A stretch of 63,250 nucleotides of DNA, counting the filler. It is 6 parts of 6 records of this genome, joined end to end, with 100 filler letters (N's around TTAATTAATTAA, not from the genome) between each part and the next. Parts side by side here need not be neighbours in the genome. Positions count along the whole stretch, not along the records: positions 10,145 to 23,328 come from SRR31156797_4107; 5 more parts are not named here. One strand, 5' to 3'. This document shows positions 10,146-19,529 of the stretch, one piece after another. Made by a program: the position numbers and the translations under genes. Under the pieces are notes generated by a model. The model made no database searches and was not told the origin of the DNA. It saw only the letters and a list, made by a program, of their open reading frames with translations. Position 1 is the first letter of the stretch. Each line of letters begins with the position of its first letter.

Positions 10146-11474
10146 CAGGGCACCATGGCCCTGACCGAACCCCAGGCCGGAAGTTCCTTATCTGACGTAG
10201 CCGCAATGGCCGAGCCCACGGACGACGGGTACTATAAAATCAAGGGTCAGAAAATATTCATTTCCGCCGGCGATCATGACGGAGTGGACAACGTTGTTCA
10301 CCTGATGCTGGCCAAAATCAAGGGCGCCCCGGCCGGCGTAAAAGGCATCAGCCTATTTATCGTGCCCAAAAAGAGGCCTGAAGAAGGCGGCCTGGTTTCC
10401 AATGATATTTCCGTGGCCGGGATATACCACAAAATGGGCTATCGCGGCTGCCCCATAACCCAACTCAGCATGGGCGAAAACGACGACTGCCGCGGCTATC
10501 TTGTCGGCGAGCCCCACAAGGGCCTGTCCTACATGTTCCGGATGATGAACGGGGCCCGGGTCGGGGTCGGCATGCAGGCCGCATCGATCGCCACGGCCGC
10601 CTATTACGCCTCTCTTGAATACGCCAAGGAAAGGCCCCAGGGCAGAAGACTGGCCGGCAAGGATCCCAATACCCCCCAGGTCAATATCATCGAACATTCC
10701 GACGTCAAACGCATGCTCCTTTTCCAGCGGGCGGTAGTTGAAGGTTCTCTGTGCCTCTTGTTCAGATGCAGCAAGCTAAACGATTTGACCCGGGTGACCG
10801 AAGGCGAAGAAAACGAAAGAAACTTTCTGCTGCTGGATATCCTGACGCCCGTGGCCAAAACCTATCCTTCGGAAATGGGCATTCTTTCAGTCAGCCAGGG
10901 CTTGCAGATCCTGGGCGGCTACGGTTATTGCGACGAGTTCCCGCTGGAACAGTATTTCCGGGATATGCGAATTCATCCGATCCACGAAGGCACCACCGGC
11001 ATACAGGGTCTGGATTTATTGGGCCGCAAGGTTGTGATGAAAGACGGCCGGGCTTTCAAGATTTACGTGGAAGAACTGGAAAAGTCAATCAGGGAAGCAG
11101 GCAAGGACCCGGTTTTGGCGCCGTACGCCCACAGGCTGGAAACGGCCCTGGAAAAACTTCAGGAAGTAACAAAACACCTTATGGGAATAGCCATGAGCGG
11201 CGATATTGAAAACTTCCTGGCCGACGCTACTCTGTACCTGGAATTGTTCGGCATCGTGACCATGGCCTGGGAATGGCTCAACCAGGGCATTGCGGTCCAG
11301 GAAGGTCTGAAAGGCGATCTGAGCGAATCGGAGTCCCAGTTCTACCAGGGCAAGCTTTTCACTCTTAAATATTTCTATCATTATGAATTGCCCAAGATTC
11401 AGGGACCGGCGGCGCGCTTACTGGAAACCGAAGCCGTCACCTTTGAAATGGCAGAGGAATTCTTTAACGATTAA
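10146..11474 (+). CDS. Acyl-CoA dehydrogenase (5' truncated by contig start)
   Basis: QGTMALTEPQAGS, IKGQKIFIS, HKMG, QILGGYGY, IHEGTTGIQ. Confidence 0.95.
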   Translation, partial: QGTMALTEPQAGSSLSDVAAMAEPTDDGYYKIKGQKIFISAGDHDGVDNVVHLMLAKIKGAPAGVKGISLFIVPKKRPEEGGLVSNDISVAGIYHKMGYRGCPITQLSMGENDDCRGYLVGEPHKGLSYMFRMMNGARVGVGMQAASIATAAYYASLEYAKERPQGRRLAGKDPNTPQVNIIEHSDVKRMLLFQRAVVEGSLCLLFRCSKLNDLTRVTEGEENERNFLLLDILTPVAKTYPSEMGILSVSQGLQILGGYGYCDEFPLEQYFRDMRIHPIHEGTTGIQGLDLLGRKVVMKDGRAFKIYVEELEKSIREAGKDPVLAPYAHRLETALEKLQEVTKHLMGIAMSGDIENFLADATLYLELFGIVTMAWEWLNQGIAVQEGLKGDLSESESQFYQGKLFTLKYFYHYELPKIQGPAARLLETEAVTFEMAEEFFND

Positions 11475-11502
11475 TGACAGGCGTTATTCTATTTGAAGGA
11501 GG

Positions 11503-12174
11503 TTGATCTTGGCCGGACAAAAGAGGTCGGAAGCTAGAAAAAATCAGATCCTTGAAGCGGCCCAGCGTACCTTCAGCCGGAAGGGATTCGCCGAGGCGAC
11601 TATTTCGGACGTAGCCCGTGAAGCCGGCGTATCTGACGCCACTATTTACGAATATTTTTCATCAAAGGAAGAACTCCTTTTTTCGATCCCTGTTGAAACA
11701 TCCCAAAAGGGAAACGATTTAGTGGAGTTCAACCTTAATTACGTCCGGGGCGCGGCCAACCGCATTCGCGGGCTTATTTATCATTATCTTTATTTTTATC
11801 AGCATCATCCCGATTATGCTTCCGTAATAATGCTGATACTCAAAACGAACCGAAAGTTCCTGGATACGGAAGCGTACCAGGTTATTCGCGAGGGTTACCG
11901 TTTTTTTCTTAAAGTACTGGAAGAAGGAATCGCCGACGGAGAATTCAGGGAAGACACCGACCCCTACCTTGTCCGCTCGGTAATTCTAGGCGCCATTGAG
12001 CATTTGGTAATCAGGAAGTCCCTGCTGGGCAAGCCGGCGGACCTGGTCAGCTTTGTCGATCCCATAACCGACATGGTTATCAGGGGCATTTGCAGTGGCT
12101 CAGCCGGCAAGAGTCAAGGCTACAGGTTGATCCTGGAACCGTTGGAAAAGGAACTGGAAAAGTCCGGCGAATAA
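11503..12174 (+). CDS. TetR/AcrR (FadR-like) transcriptional regulator
   Basis: HTH motif ATISDVAREAGVSDATIYEYFSSKEELL. Confidence 0.92.
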   Translation: MILAGQKRSEARKNQILEAAQRTFSRKGFAEATISDVAREAGVSDATIYEYFSSKEELLFSIPVETSQKGNDLVEFNLNYVRGAANRIRGLIYHYLYFYQHHPDYASVIMLILKTNRKFLDTEAYQVIREGYRFFLKVLEEGIADGEFREDTDPYLVRSVILGAIEHLVIRKSLLGKPADLVSFVDPITDMVIRGICSGSAGKSQGYRLILEPLEKELEKSGE

Positions 12175-12261
12175 AACCGGCGTTCTGTTGTAAATTTTAT
12201 CCGGCGGCAGGCCGCCGGCGGCTTAACCGCGATAATGGCGGTATATTTGGGAGGTTTCTAA

Positions 12262-13014
12262 ATGGTCGATTTTTCATTAAAGGATAAAGTTGCTGTCATT
12301 ACCGGCGCCAGCCGGGGTATTGGAGAAGCCATTGCCATGGCCCTGGCCGAACATGGGGCGCATTGCATTCTGGTGAGCAGAAAGCTGGAAGCCCTGGAAT
12401 CTGTCGCCGCCAAGATCAAGGAAAGCGGGGGCAGCGCGGAAGCCATGGCCTGTCACATGGGCCATGTGGACCAGATCGCCGCCTTTTTCGATAAAGTGAA
12501 GGAAAAATTCGGCAAGCTTGACATCCTGGTGAACAATGCTGCGGCAAATCCTTATTTCGGGGAAATGATCAACGCGGATGAAGGCGTCTGGATCAAAACC
12601 AATGACGTCAATGTCAAGGGGCCTTTTTTCATGATCAAGCATGCCGTCCCTCTGATGACGGACGGGGGCGCCATTGTCAACGTTGCATCCGTGGCCGGCC
12701 TGCGTCCGGGTGTATACCAGGGCATCTATTCCATTAGCAAGGCGGCCATGATTTCCATGACCAAGGCCTACGCCCAGGAACTCGCCGCCAGAAACATAAG
12801 GGTAAACGCCTTGCTGCCGGGTCTGACCGAAACCAAGTTCGCCCAGGTGCTTATCGACACCAAGGAAATTTACGATATAGCCCTGGAACAGATACCGCTT
12901 AAGCGCCATGCGCAGCCGAGCGAAATGGCCGGCGCCGTGCTTTTCCTGGTATCTCCGGCGTCTTCATATACTACGGGGACCTGCATTGTCTGTGATGGAG
13001 GCATGACCATTTAA
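12262..13014 (+). CDS. Short-chain dehydrogenase/reductase
   Basis: TGASRGIG, NNAA, YSISK. Confidence 0.93.
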   Translation: MVDFSLKDKVAVITGASRGIGEAIAMALAEHGAHCILVSRKLEALESVAAKIKESGGSAEAMACHMGHVDQIAAFFDKVKEKFGKLDILVNNAAANPYFGEMINADEGVWIKTNDVNVKGPFFMIKHAVPLMTDGGAIVNVASVAGLRPGVYQGIYSISKAAMISMTKAYAQELAARNIRVNALLPGLTETKFAQVLIDTKEIYDIALEQIPLKRHAQPSEMAGAVLFLVSPASSYTTGTCIVCDGGMTI

Positions 13015-13019
13015 CAATT

Positions 13020-13039
13020 AGCCCCGCTGCAGCGGGGCT
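13020..13039. repeat. Perfect 20-bp palindrome AGCCCCGCTGCAGCGGGGCT
   Basis: Self-complementary sequence between the two SDR genes. Confidence 0.8.
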
Positions 13040-13071
13040 TTACCCCAACGTTGCATCTTCAGGAGGAAATA

Positions 13072-13842
13072 ATGACGTCTTCAATTTTCGACCTGACTGG
13101 AAAAGCTGTTCTTGTAACCGGCGGCAACGGAGGAATCGGACTCGGCATGGCCGATAAAATGGCCGAGGCTGGCGCCGATATATGCATCTGGGGCCGTAAC
13201 AAGGAAAAGAACATGGCTGCAGTGGAACAACTGAAAGCTCACGGCCGCCGCGTTACCGCCCTTGAATGCGACATTACGGATGAAAAACAGGTTAAATCCT
13301 GTTTTGAGGAAACGGTCTCCGCCCTGGGACGGGTGGACGCCTGTTTTGCCAATGCCGGCATCGGCGTTCGCGGAACAAAGTTCCATGAAATAAGCCTGGA
13401 TGAGTGGAAGGCCATCCTGACCACAAACCTGGACGGAGTATTTTTTACTTTCCAGGAAGCCGTCCGCCATATGCTCGAACACGGCCGGGGAGGATCCCTC
13501 GTGGCCACGGCCAGCCTGGCCGCGCTTGAAGGCATGGCCCGCGGGCAGCATTATGCCGCGGCCAAGGCCGGTCTTTTGGCCATGGTCAGGAGCCTGGCCG
13601 TGGAATACGGACGCAACGGCATCCGGGCCAACGCGGTTATTCCCGGGTGGATAGAAACGGACATGACCAGGGATCTTTTCGGCTGGGATAAATTCCAGCA
13701 AAAAGTGCTGACCCGCATTCCCCATGGCAGATGGGGAACCGCGGAAGATTTCGGGGCCATTGCCGTGTATTTTGCCAGCGACGGCAGTTCTTATCACAGC
13801 GGCGACCTGGTCGTCATTGACGGCGCTTACAGTATTTTTTAA
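13072..13842 (+). CDS. Short-chain dehydrogenase/reductase (KduD/FabG-like)
   Basis: TGGNGGIG, ANAG, YAAAK; RBS AGGAGG precedes ATG 13072. Confidence 0.93.
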   Translation: MTSSIFDLTGKAVLVTGGNGGIGLGMADKMAEAGADICIWGRNKEKNMAAVEQLKAHGRRVTALECDITDEKQVKSCFEETVSALGRVDACFANAGIGVRGTKFHEISLDEWKAILTTNLDGVFFTFQEAVRHMLEHGRGGSLVATASLAALEGMARGQHYAAAKAGLLAMVRSLAVEYGRNGIRANAVIPGWIETDMTRDLFGWDKFQQKVLTRIPHGRWGTAEDFGAIAVYFASDGSSYHSGDLVVIDGAYSIF

Positions 13843-13850
13843 TAAAGCCG

Positions 13851-15173
13851 ATGAAAAAATATACAACGGCAATTGTCCGATATGAAAAACCGTTTGACTC
13901 GGTGAAAAAGGCCGTGGAACTTTGCCGCGGCCTTGACGGACTACCCCGGGGCGCGAGCGTTTTTATAAAGCCTAATATCGTTTTTTGGACTAAAGCCGTT
14001 CCTTTTCCCAAGTACGGCGTGGCGACAACTTCCCGGATTGTCAAAGATATGGTCGTCATACTGAAGGAACTCGGCGCCGGACAAATTACCATTGGCGAAG
14101 GTATGGTTTTACTTAAAGCCAGGGACAGGGAGACTCCGGCCCACGCCTTTGAATACCTGGGATACGGTAAGTTAAAACAGCGCTATGGAGTCAATTACAT
14201 AAATATCCATGAGAGGCCTTTTAGGGAGATTGATCTGGGCGACGGGATAACCCTGAATTACAATACGGATATCCTTGAAAGCGATTTCCTGGTCAATCTG
14301 CCGGTTTTAAAGACCCATTCCCAGACCAGGGTCAGTTTGGGAATAAAAAACATCAAGGGAGTGATAGACATCCCGTCCAGAAAAAAGTGCCACGACGCCG
14401 GACCGAAAAACAATCTGCACGCCATGGTTTCACGGTTGGCGGACCCGCTTCCGCCGTCTTTCACGCTTTTGGATGGAATTTATACTCTTGAACGCGGACC
14501 GGGTTATGACGGAAAAGCCCGGCGCAGCGATCTTCTTGTCGCTTCAGATGACATGTTGTCGGCCGATCTTGTCGGGGCGTCGGTTTTGGGCCACGAACCC
14601 GAAAACGTATCCTACCTGGCCCAAGCCGCAAAGAACGGATCGCGGCCCCATGATCTGTCCGATATAGAAATAGTCGGCGAGAAGCTTATGGATGTGCAAT
14701 CATGGCACCTGGATGAGCACATTTACAATGAAGAAGGGGATCTTCCCCTGCCCATGGTTAAAATGGGCATAAGCGGCCTGCATTACAAAAAATATGATGA
14801 AACAATGTGCACGTACTGCTCCGGACTGCAATGGATTATCCTTATGGCCCTGGCCAGGGCCTGGAAAGGAGCGCCCTGGGATGATGTGGAAGTATTGACC
14901 GGTAAGGCCATGCAGCCCACGCCTGGAAGAAAAAAGACAGTGCTGGTGGGGAAATGCATGTATGAAGCCCACCGGGACAATCCGGACATCAATGAAATGA
15001 TCGTGGTCAAGGGCTGTCCGCCGTTGAACAAAAAGATTCCCGAAGCCCTGGCCAAGGCGGGCATAGAAGTGGACCCGGAAATATTCAACAAAATAGAGGA
15101 AGCCCCGGCCTATTTTAATAGAAAGTATGAAGGCCGGCCGGAATTTGAAGAAGGCTTCTTTCGGATTGAATGA
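13851..15173 (+). CDS. DUF362-domain protein with Cys-rich C-terminal domain
   Basis: FIKPN, IGEG, LPVLKTH, SLGIKN, DGI motifs; C-terminal MCTYC, GKC, GCPP. Confidence 0.75.
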   Translation: MKKYTTAIVRYEKPFDSVKKAVELCRGLDGLPRGASVFIKPNIVFWTKAVPFPKYGVATTSRIVKDMVVILKELGAGQITIGEGMVLLKARDRETPAHAFEYLGYGKLKQRYGVNYINIHERPFREIDLGDGITLNYNTDILESDFLVNLPVLKTHSQTRVSLGIKNIKGVIDIPSRKKCHDAGPKNNLHAMVSRLADPLPPSFTLLDGIYTLERGPGYDGKARRSDLLVASDDMLSADLVGASVLGHEPENVSYLAQAAKNGSRPHDLSDIEIVGEKLMDVQSWHLDEHIYNEEGDLPLPMVKMGISGLHYKKYDETMCTYCSGLQWIILMALARAWKGAPWDDVEVLTGKAMQPTPGRKKTVLVGKCMYEAHRDNPDINEMIVVKGCPPLNKKIPEALAKAGIEVDPEIFNKIEEAPAYFNRKYEGRPEFEEGFFRIE

Positions 15174-15276
15174 AATGCTTGGCGTTCGAATGCGTTAGGC
15201 CTGTGCAAATGCGCCCGCCGTTCGAACAATAACCTGTATTAACTGATTGCCTCCGAAGAGATTGGGAGAAGTCGGG

Positions 15277-16149
15277 ATGAAAAATGTAGTGGTCGTAGGC
15301 GCCGGATTTATGGGAGCGGGTATCGCCCAGGTATGCGCCCAATCCGGATACAATGTATTCCTGGCGGATACCGACCAGGGCGCCCTTGACAAAGCCGTGG
15401 AGGGATTGAGTTGGTCATTGGAAAAACTGGCCCAAAAAGGATTTCTTTCCGAATCCCCTCAAGAAGTTAAAGACCGTATTTCTTTCGGCCCGGACTATTC
15501 GGAAGCAGCAGGTAAGGCCGAATATCTCATAGAAGCGGTCCTGGAAGTGGAGGAAATCAAGCTTGAAGTTTTCAAGAACATGGAACGCCTGGCTCGAAAA
15601 GATGCGCTCATAGCCACCAATACATCTTCAATTCCGATTACCCGTCTCGCCAGGGTCATGAATCGCCCTGAAAGGGTGATGGGACTCCACTTTTTCGGGC
15701 CCGTGCCTTTCATGGGTCTGGTGGAAGTGGTAAAGGGCGAAGAGACCAGTGAAGATGTTTTTGAGCAGGGGGTGGAGTTTGTGCGCTCTCTGGGCAAAAC
15801 CCCGGTCAAGGTTCGGCGGGACATACCCATGTTTGTGATGAACCGCATCTTTGCCGCGGCCTTCAGCGAGGCCCTGGACCTGGTTGCGGAAGGCGTCTGC
15901 ACGACCGAGGACGTGGATGTCGGAATGCGGCTCGGGTATGGCTGGAATGTCGGGCCTTTTGAAATCGCGGACAACGCCGGGCTGGACACATATAACCTGA
16001 TATTGAGGACTCTGAAATCCTTGGGAGAAGACAAGCTCTTTCCGGGGCCCGGTGCAAGCCTGATTGAAGATTTGGTTAACCAGGGACGGTTGGGAAAAAA
16101 ATCCGGAAGCGGTTTTTATGAATACGGCCCTGACGGTAAGAAAAAATAA
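15277..16149 (+). CDS. 3-hydroxyacyl(butyryl)-CoA dehydrogenase
   Basis: GAGFMGAGIAQ, EAVLE, ATNTSS, GLHFF, GKKSGSGFY. Confidence 0.93.
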   Translation: MKNVVVVGAGFMGAGIAQVCAQSGYNVFLADTDQGALDKAVEGLSWSLEKLAQKGFLSESPQEVKDRISFGPDYSEAAGKAEYLIEAVLEVEEIKLEVFKNMERLARKDALIATNTSSIPITRLARVMNRPERVMGLHFFGPVPFMGLVEVVKGEETSEDVFEQGVEFVRSLGKTPVKVRRDIPMFVMNRIFAAAFSEALDLVAEGVCTTEDVDVGMRLGYGWNVGPFEIADNAGLDTYNLILRTLKSLGEDKLFPGPGASLIEDLVNQGRLGKKSGSGFYEYGPDGKKK

Positions 16150-16210
16150 TATTTAAGAATTTGTTAAGCGGTCAAACGACCGGTAAGAAAAAGTCTAAGG
16201 AGGACGACCA

Positions 16211-17425
16211 ATGAACGAAGTTGTAATAGCAGGATATTTAAGAACGGCCCAGAGCCGTTCCCGGCCGAATGATCCGGGCAGGGATTGGTTTTGCAAGCTG
16301 AGAGCGGATGAATTGCTGGCCAAGGTTCTGCCGGAACTGGTGAAGAGAACCGGAATTGCCCCCGAGGATATCGACGATTTTCTGGTCGGTTCAGCCCTGG
16401 GCGTCAGCGAACAATGGACTTTTGGCGGCCGTATGCCGATTTTCCTGGCCAATTTCCCGGAAACCATTTCCGCCAAGTTCGTGGACCAGCAGTGCGGTTC
16501 GGCCATGGCCGGTCTTCATATAGGTTATATGGAAGTCGCCACCGGCAACGCCGATGTGGTCCTGGCCGCCGGTATGGAACACATGACCCGCGTGCCCATG
16601 GGCGGCGCAACGTATGACCGCGGCGTAATCGCGCCTAATGTTGCGCTTTTCATGAGCCCTGAATATCAAAAATGGGATTTCGCCACGTCCATGAATATGG
16701 GTTTTACGGCTGAAAAACTTCTTGGCCAGACAAATTTCAGCAGGGAAGACATGGACAAATGGGCGGTCAGGTCCCATCAGTTGGCGGCCAAGGCCCAGGA
16801 TGAAGGCTTTTTTGACGATGAAATACTGCCCGTGGAAGCCGAACAGGCCGACGGATCGGTAATGACCGTTAAAACAGATCAGGCTGTTCGCGGCGACACA
16901 ACCCTGGAAGGTTTGGCAAGCCTTAATCCCGCCTTTAAGAAAAAAGACGGAACGGTTACAGCCGGTTCTTCATCGCCGCTCAATGCCGCGGCCACAAGCA
17001 TGATTCTCATGTCCAAGGAAACGGCCAAGAAAAAAGGCATCAAGCCATTGGCCACGATCCGTTCAATCGGCTTTGCCGGCGTGGATCCGACCATAATGGG
17101 ACACGGCCCGGTGCCGGCCAGCCAAAAGGCCCTGGATAAAGCCGGTCTGAAGGCATCCGACATCGATTTCTGGGAAATCAACGAAGCTTTCAGCATTGTC
17201 GCCCTTAACTGCATTGATCAGCTGGGTCTCGATCCGGACACGGTCAACGTCATGGGCGGCGGCATCGCCATAGGTCATCCCCTGGGCGCCACGGGCGTGC
17301 GTCTGACCGGAACCCTGGCCCGCATACTGCAAGCCAAGGGCGGCCGCTATGGATGCGCCAATGCCTGCGTCGGCGGCGGACAGGGCGTAGCCACCATTAT
17401 CGAACGGGAAGAATACGACTGGTAA
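16211..17425 (+). CDS. Thiolase (acetyl-CoA C-acyltransferase)
   Basis: QQCGS, EINEAF, GHPLGATG, ACVGGGQG. Confidence 0.95.
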   Translation: MNEVVIAGYLRTAQSRSRPNDPGRDWFCKLRADELLAKVLPELVKRTGIAPEDIDDFLVGSALGVSEQWTFGGRMPIFLANFPETISAKFVDQQCGSAMAGLHIGYMEVATGNADVVLAAGMEHMTRVPMGGATYDRGVIAPNVALFMSPEYQKWDFATSMNMGFTAEKLLGQTNFSREDMDKWAVRSHQLAAKAQDEGFFDDEILPVEAEQADGSVMTVKTDQAVRGDTTLEGLASLNPAFKKKDGTVTAGSSSPLNAAATSMILMSKETAKKKGIKPLATIRSIGFAGVDPTIMGHGPVPASQKALDKAGLKASDIDFWEINEAFSIVALNCIDQLGLDPDTVNVMGGGIAIGHPLGATGVRLTGTLARILQAKGGRYGCANACVGGGQGVATIIEREEYDW

Positions 17426-17483
17426 ACCTTTAGTAAAAGAGTATGGGCGCCGAACCCGGCGCCCGGTTATGCATTGTAATAAG

Positions 17484-17521
17484 CGCCCCGCGAAAATAGA
17501 TTTTCGCGGGGCGATTTTTTT
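17484..17521 (+). terminator. Intrinsic terminator after thiolase
   Basis: CGCCCCGCGAAAA/TTTTCGCGGGGCG stem followed by a T-tract. Confidence 0.85.
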
Positions 17522-17619
17522 GATGTTAAGATGTGACAGCAAGCCGTATTGATTTGTTTTCAAGATGATGGCATTGTTTTGTGTAAGCGGATTCCGAAAG
17601 TAATTCAACAGAAAAGGGT

Positions 17620-18678
17620 GTGAAAATGAAAGAATACCATCGTGAAGTAAAACCGGCGCCGGAAAAAATGGTTGAGAAAGGGCGATTTAACTTCGGCACA
17701 TTCAACAGTCCTTTTCGTATTGTCAATCCCCTGGAAGCGAAAAAGCCATTAGGCTTGCCCCTGCCCGGATTTATAAAAGATCTTCGATTAAAGGAATGGC
17801 AGGCTTTTCAACTTGGCGACCGGGATAACTTTATGCTGGCCGTTGTATATAACGCCAAGGGGATCGCCTTAAGCCAGTTTATACATGTAAATAAAAAAGA
17901 ACAAAAAATGATCCGCTATGAAAAGATGTTTCCTTTTTGGAAAGCCCACATAGCCCGGTCTTTATGGGATACACATTCGTATTACCAGGACAGGGATTTC
18001 CTGGTTGACATTCACAACGACCTGACTAACAAGATTGTGAATATTAAAATTCGAATTAAAAACTACAAAGATCTCCCCGATGTGGAAGCGGATTTCACCG
18101 GGCATCACGACCAAAGAGTCACGCCTATAGTCATCTGCCAGCCCTTTGCTGAAAACAGGGCTCTCTATTCCCATAAAGCCCTTGCGCCCATGGAAGGCAA
18201 ACTCGACTTCGGCGGAAACAGCCTGGTGTTCGGCCAGGAATCCGCCTTCATGGTCATGGACGATCACAAGGGATACTATCCATTCACCATGGCGTACGAC
18301 TGGACCACATCAGGAGGCTATCATCCGGAGCGAGGCCTTATCGGATTCAACCTGACCGACAACCAGGTACAGGATCACGAGCGTTACAATGAAAATTGCC
18401 TGTGGATAGACGGGGACATGCATCCTCTGCCCCCGGTTAAATTCGACCGGCCCAACGGCGTTGAAAAGGATTGGTTTATCAGGGATGCATACGGGCAGGT
18501 GGATATACGTTTTACTCCTGTTTTCGAAAGCAACGTTCATATAAACGCCGTCTTAATAAAAACCGAATATTACGGTCCTTACGGTCAGGTTAACGGATTT
18601 ATTTTGGACAAGAACGGGGAGCGAGTCTCGTTCGACGGATTTTTCGGCATGGGAGAAAAAAAGTATATCCGGGCCTGA
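17620..18678 (+). CDS. DUF2804-like protein of unknown function
   Basis: LRLKEWQAF, DDHKGYYP, YDW, GFNLTDNQ and NENCLWIDG recalled as typical of the family. Confidence 0.65.
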   Translation: MKMKEYHREVKPAPEKMVEKGRFNFGTFNSPFRIVNPLEAKKPLGLPLPGFIKDLRLKEWQAFQLGDRDNFMLAVVYNAKGIALSQFIHVNKKEQKMIRYEKMFPFWKAHIARSLWDTHSYYQDRDFLVDIHNDLTNKIVNIKIRIKNYKDLPDVEADFTGHHDQRVTPIVICQPFAENRALYSHKALAPMEGKLDFGGNSLVFGQESAFMVMDDHKGYYPFTMAYDWTTSGGYHPERGLIGFNLTDNQVQDHERYNENCLWIDGDMHPLPPVKFDRPNGVEKDWFIRDAYGQVDIRFTPVFESNVHINAVLIKTEYYGPYGQVNGFILDKNGERVSFDGFFGMGEKKYIRA

Positions 18679-18701
18679 TGAATGGCCCGGATGAATCGTC
18701 G

Positions 18702-18731
18702 CCGGGACGCCTCAATGGCATCCCGGTTTTT
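18702..18731 (+). terminator. Intrinsic terminator between convergent genes
   Basis: CCGGGACGCC/GGCATCCCGG hairpin followed by TTTTT. Confidence 0.65.
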
Positions 18732-18735
18732 CACT

Positions 18736-19506
18736 TTACCAGTTAGGCTTCCTCTTTTCGAAAAAAGCGGATACGCCTTCCTTGGCTTCTTCGGTTGAAC
18801 ACAAACGGGCGAAGGCCTCATTCATGTACTGAAATTGCTTGTAATAATCCATATCCGAGGCCGTGTAGAAGGCGGTCTTGGCGTTCTGAACCGCAACCGG
18901 ACTCTTTTCCGCCAATATCTTCGCCCAGTTCAAGGCTTCCGCATCCAGGTCTTCTTTCTGGACGACGCGATTGAAAAGCCCCATTTCCATTGCTTTTTCG
19001 GCTGAAATCAGGTCGCCGTACAATAGCAGTTCCATGGCCTTTTTCCGGCCAACCGACCTGGCGACCGGAACAATTGGGCCGACGCAATTGAGTCCCACAT
19101 TTATGGCGGTCAAACCGATTTTTGCCTTTTCCGAGGCTATGGCCAGGTCGGCGGAAGCGGCAAGTCCGGCCCCGATAGCGGCCGCGGCGCCGTTTACCTT
19201 GGCAATGACGGGTTTATTCATCCTGCTTATCAATACAAGGGGTTCTTCCATATGCTGAACCCATTCCCTGTATTCGGACATGGTCTTGCCGAAATATCCG
19301 CTCAGATCTATCCCGGCGCAAAACGCCTTGCCGGCGCCTGTAACAATAATGACCCTTACCTCGGGATCTTCATCCAGCTTTCTCAGTGCATCGGCAAGTT
19401 CTGCGGCCAGTTGTAAGCTGAATGTATTAAGTTGTTCCGGGCGATTTAATGTGATCGTACCAATGAAATATTCGTCGATTTCAACCAGGACATTTTCATA
19501 TGCCAT
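18736..19506 (-). CDS. Enoyl-CoA hydratase/isomerase (crotonase family)
   Basis: ITLNRPEQLN, AFCAGIDL, KPVIAKVNG, EGVSAFFEKRKP. The usual catalytic Glu residues are not apparent (GAGLA, AINVG). Confidence 0.88.
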   Translation of the reverse strand: MAYENVLVEIDEYFIGTITLNRPEQLNTFSLQLAAELADALRKLDEDPEVRVIIVTGAGKAFCAGIDLSGYFGKTMSEYREWVQHMEEPLVLISRMNKPVIAKVNGAAAAIGAGLAASADLAIASEKAKIGLTAINVGLNCVGPIVPVARSVGRKKAMELLLYGDLISAEKAMEMGLFNRVVQKEDLDAEALNWAKILAEKSPVAVQNAKTAFYTASDMDYYKQFQYMNEAFARLCSTEEAKEGVSAFFEKRKPNW

Positions 19507-19529
19507 TTATATTCCTCCTGTAAACGATT

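Noticed and set aside
12277-13872. Long antisense ORFs over the SDR genes (and similar ones at 40012-40833 and 43853-44420)
   Set aside because: Antisense shadows of well-supported genes in GC-richer contigs.
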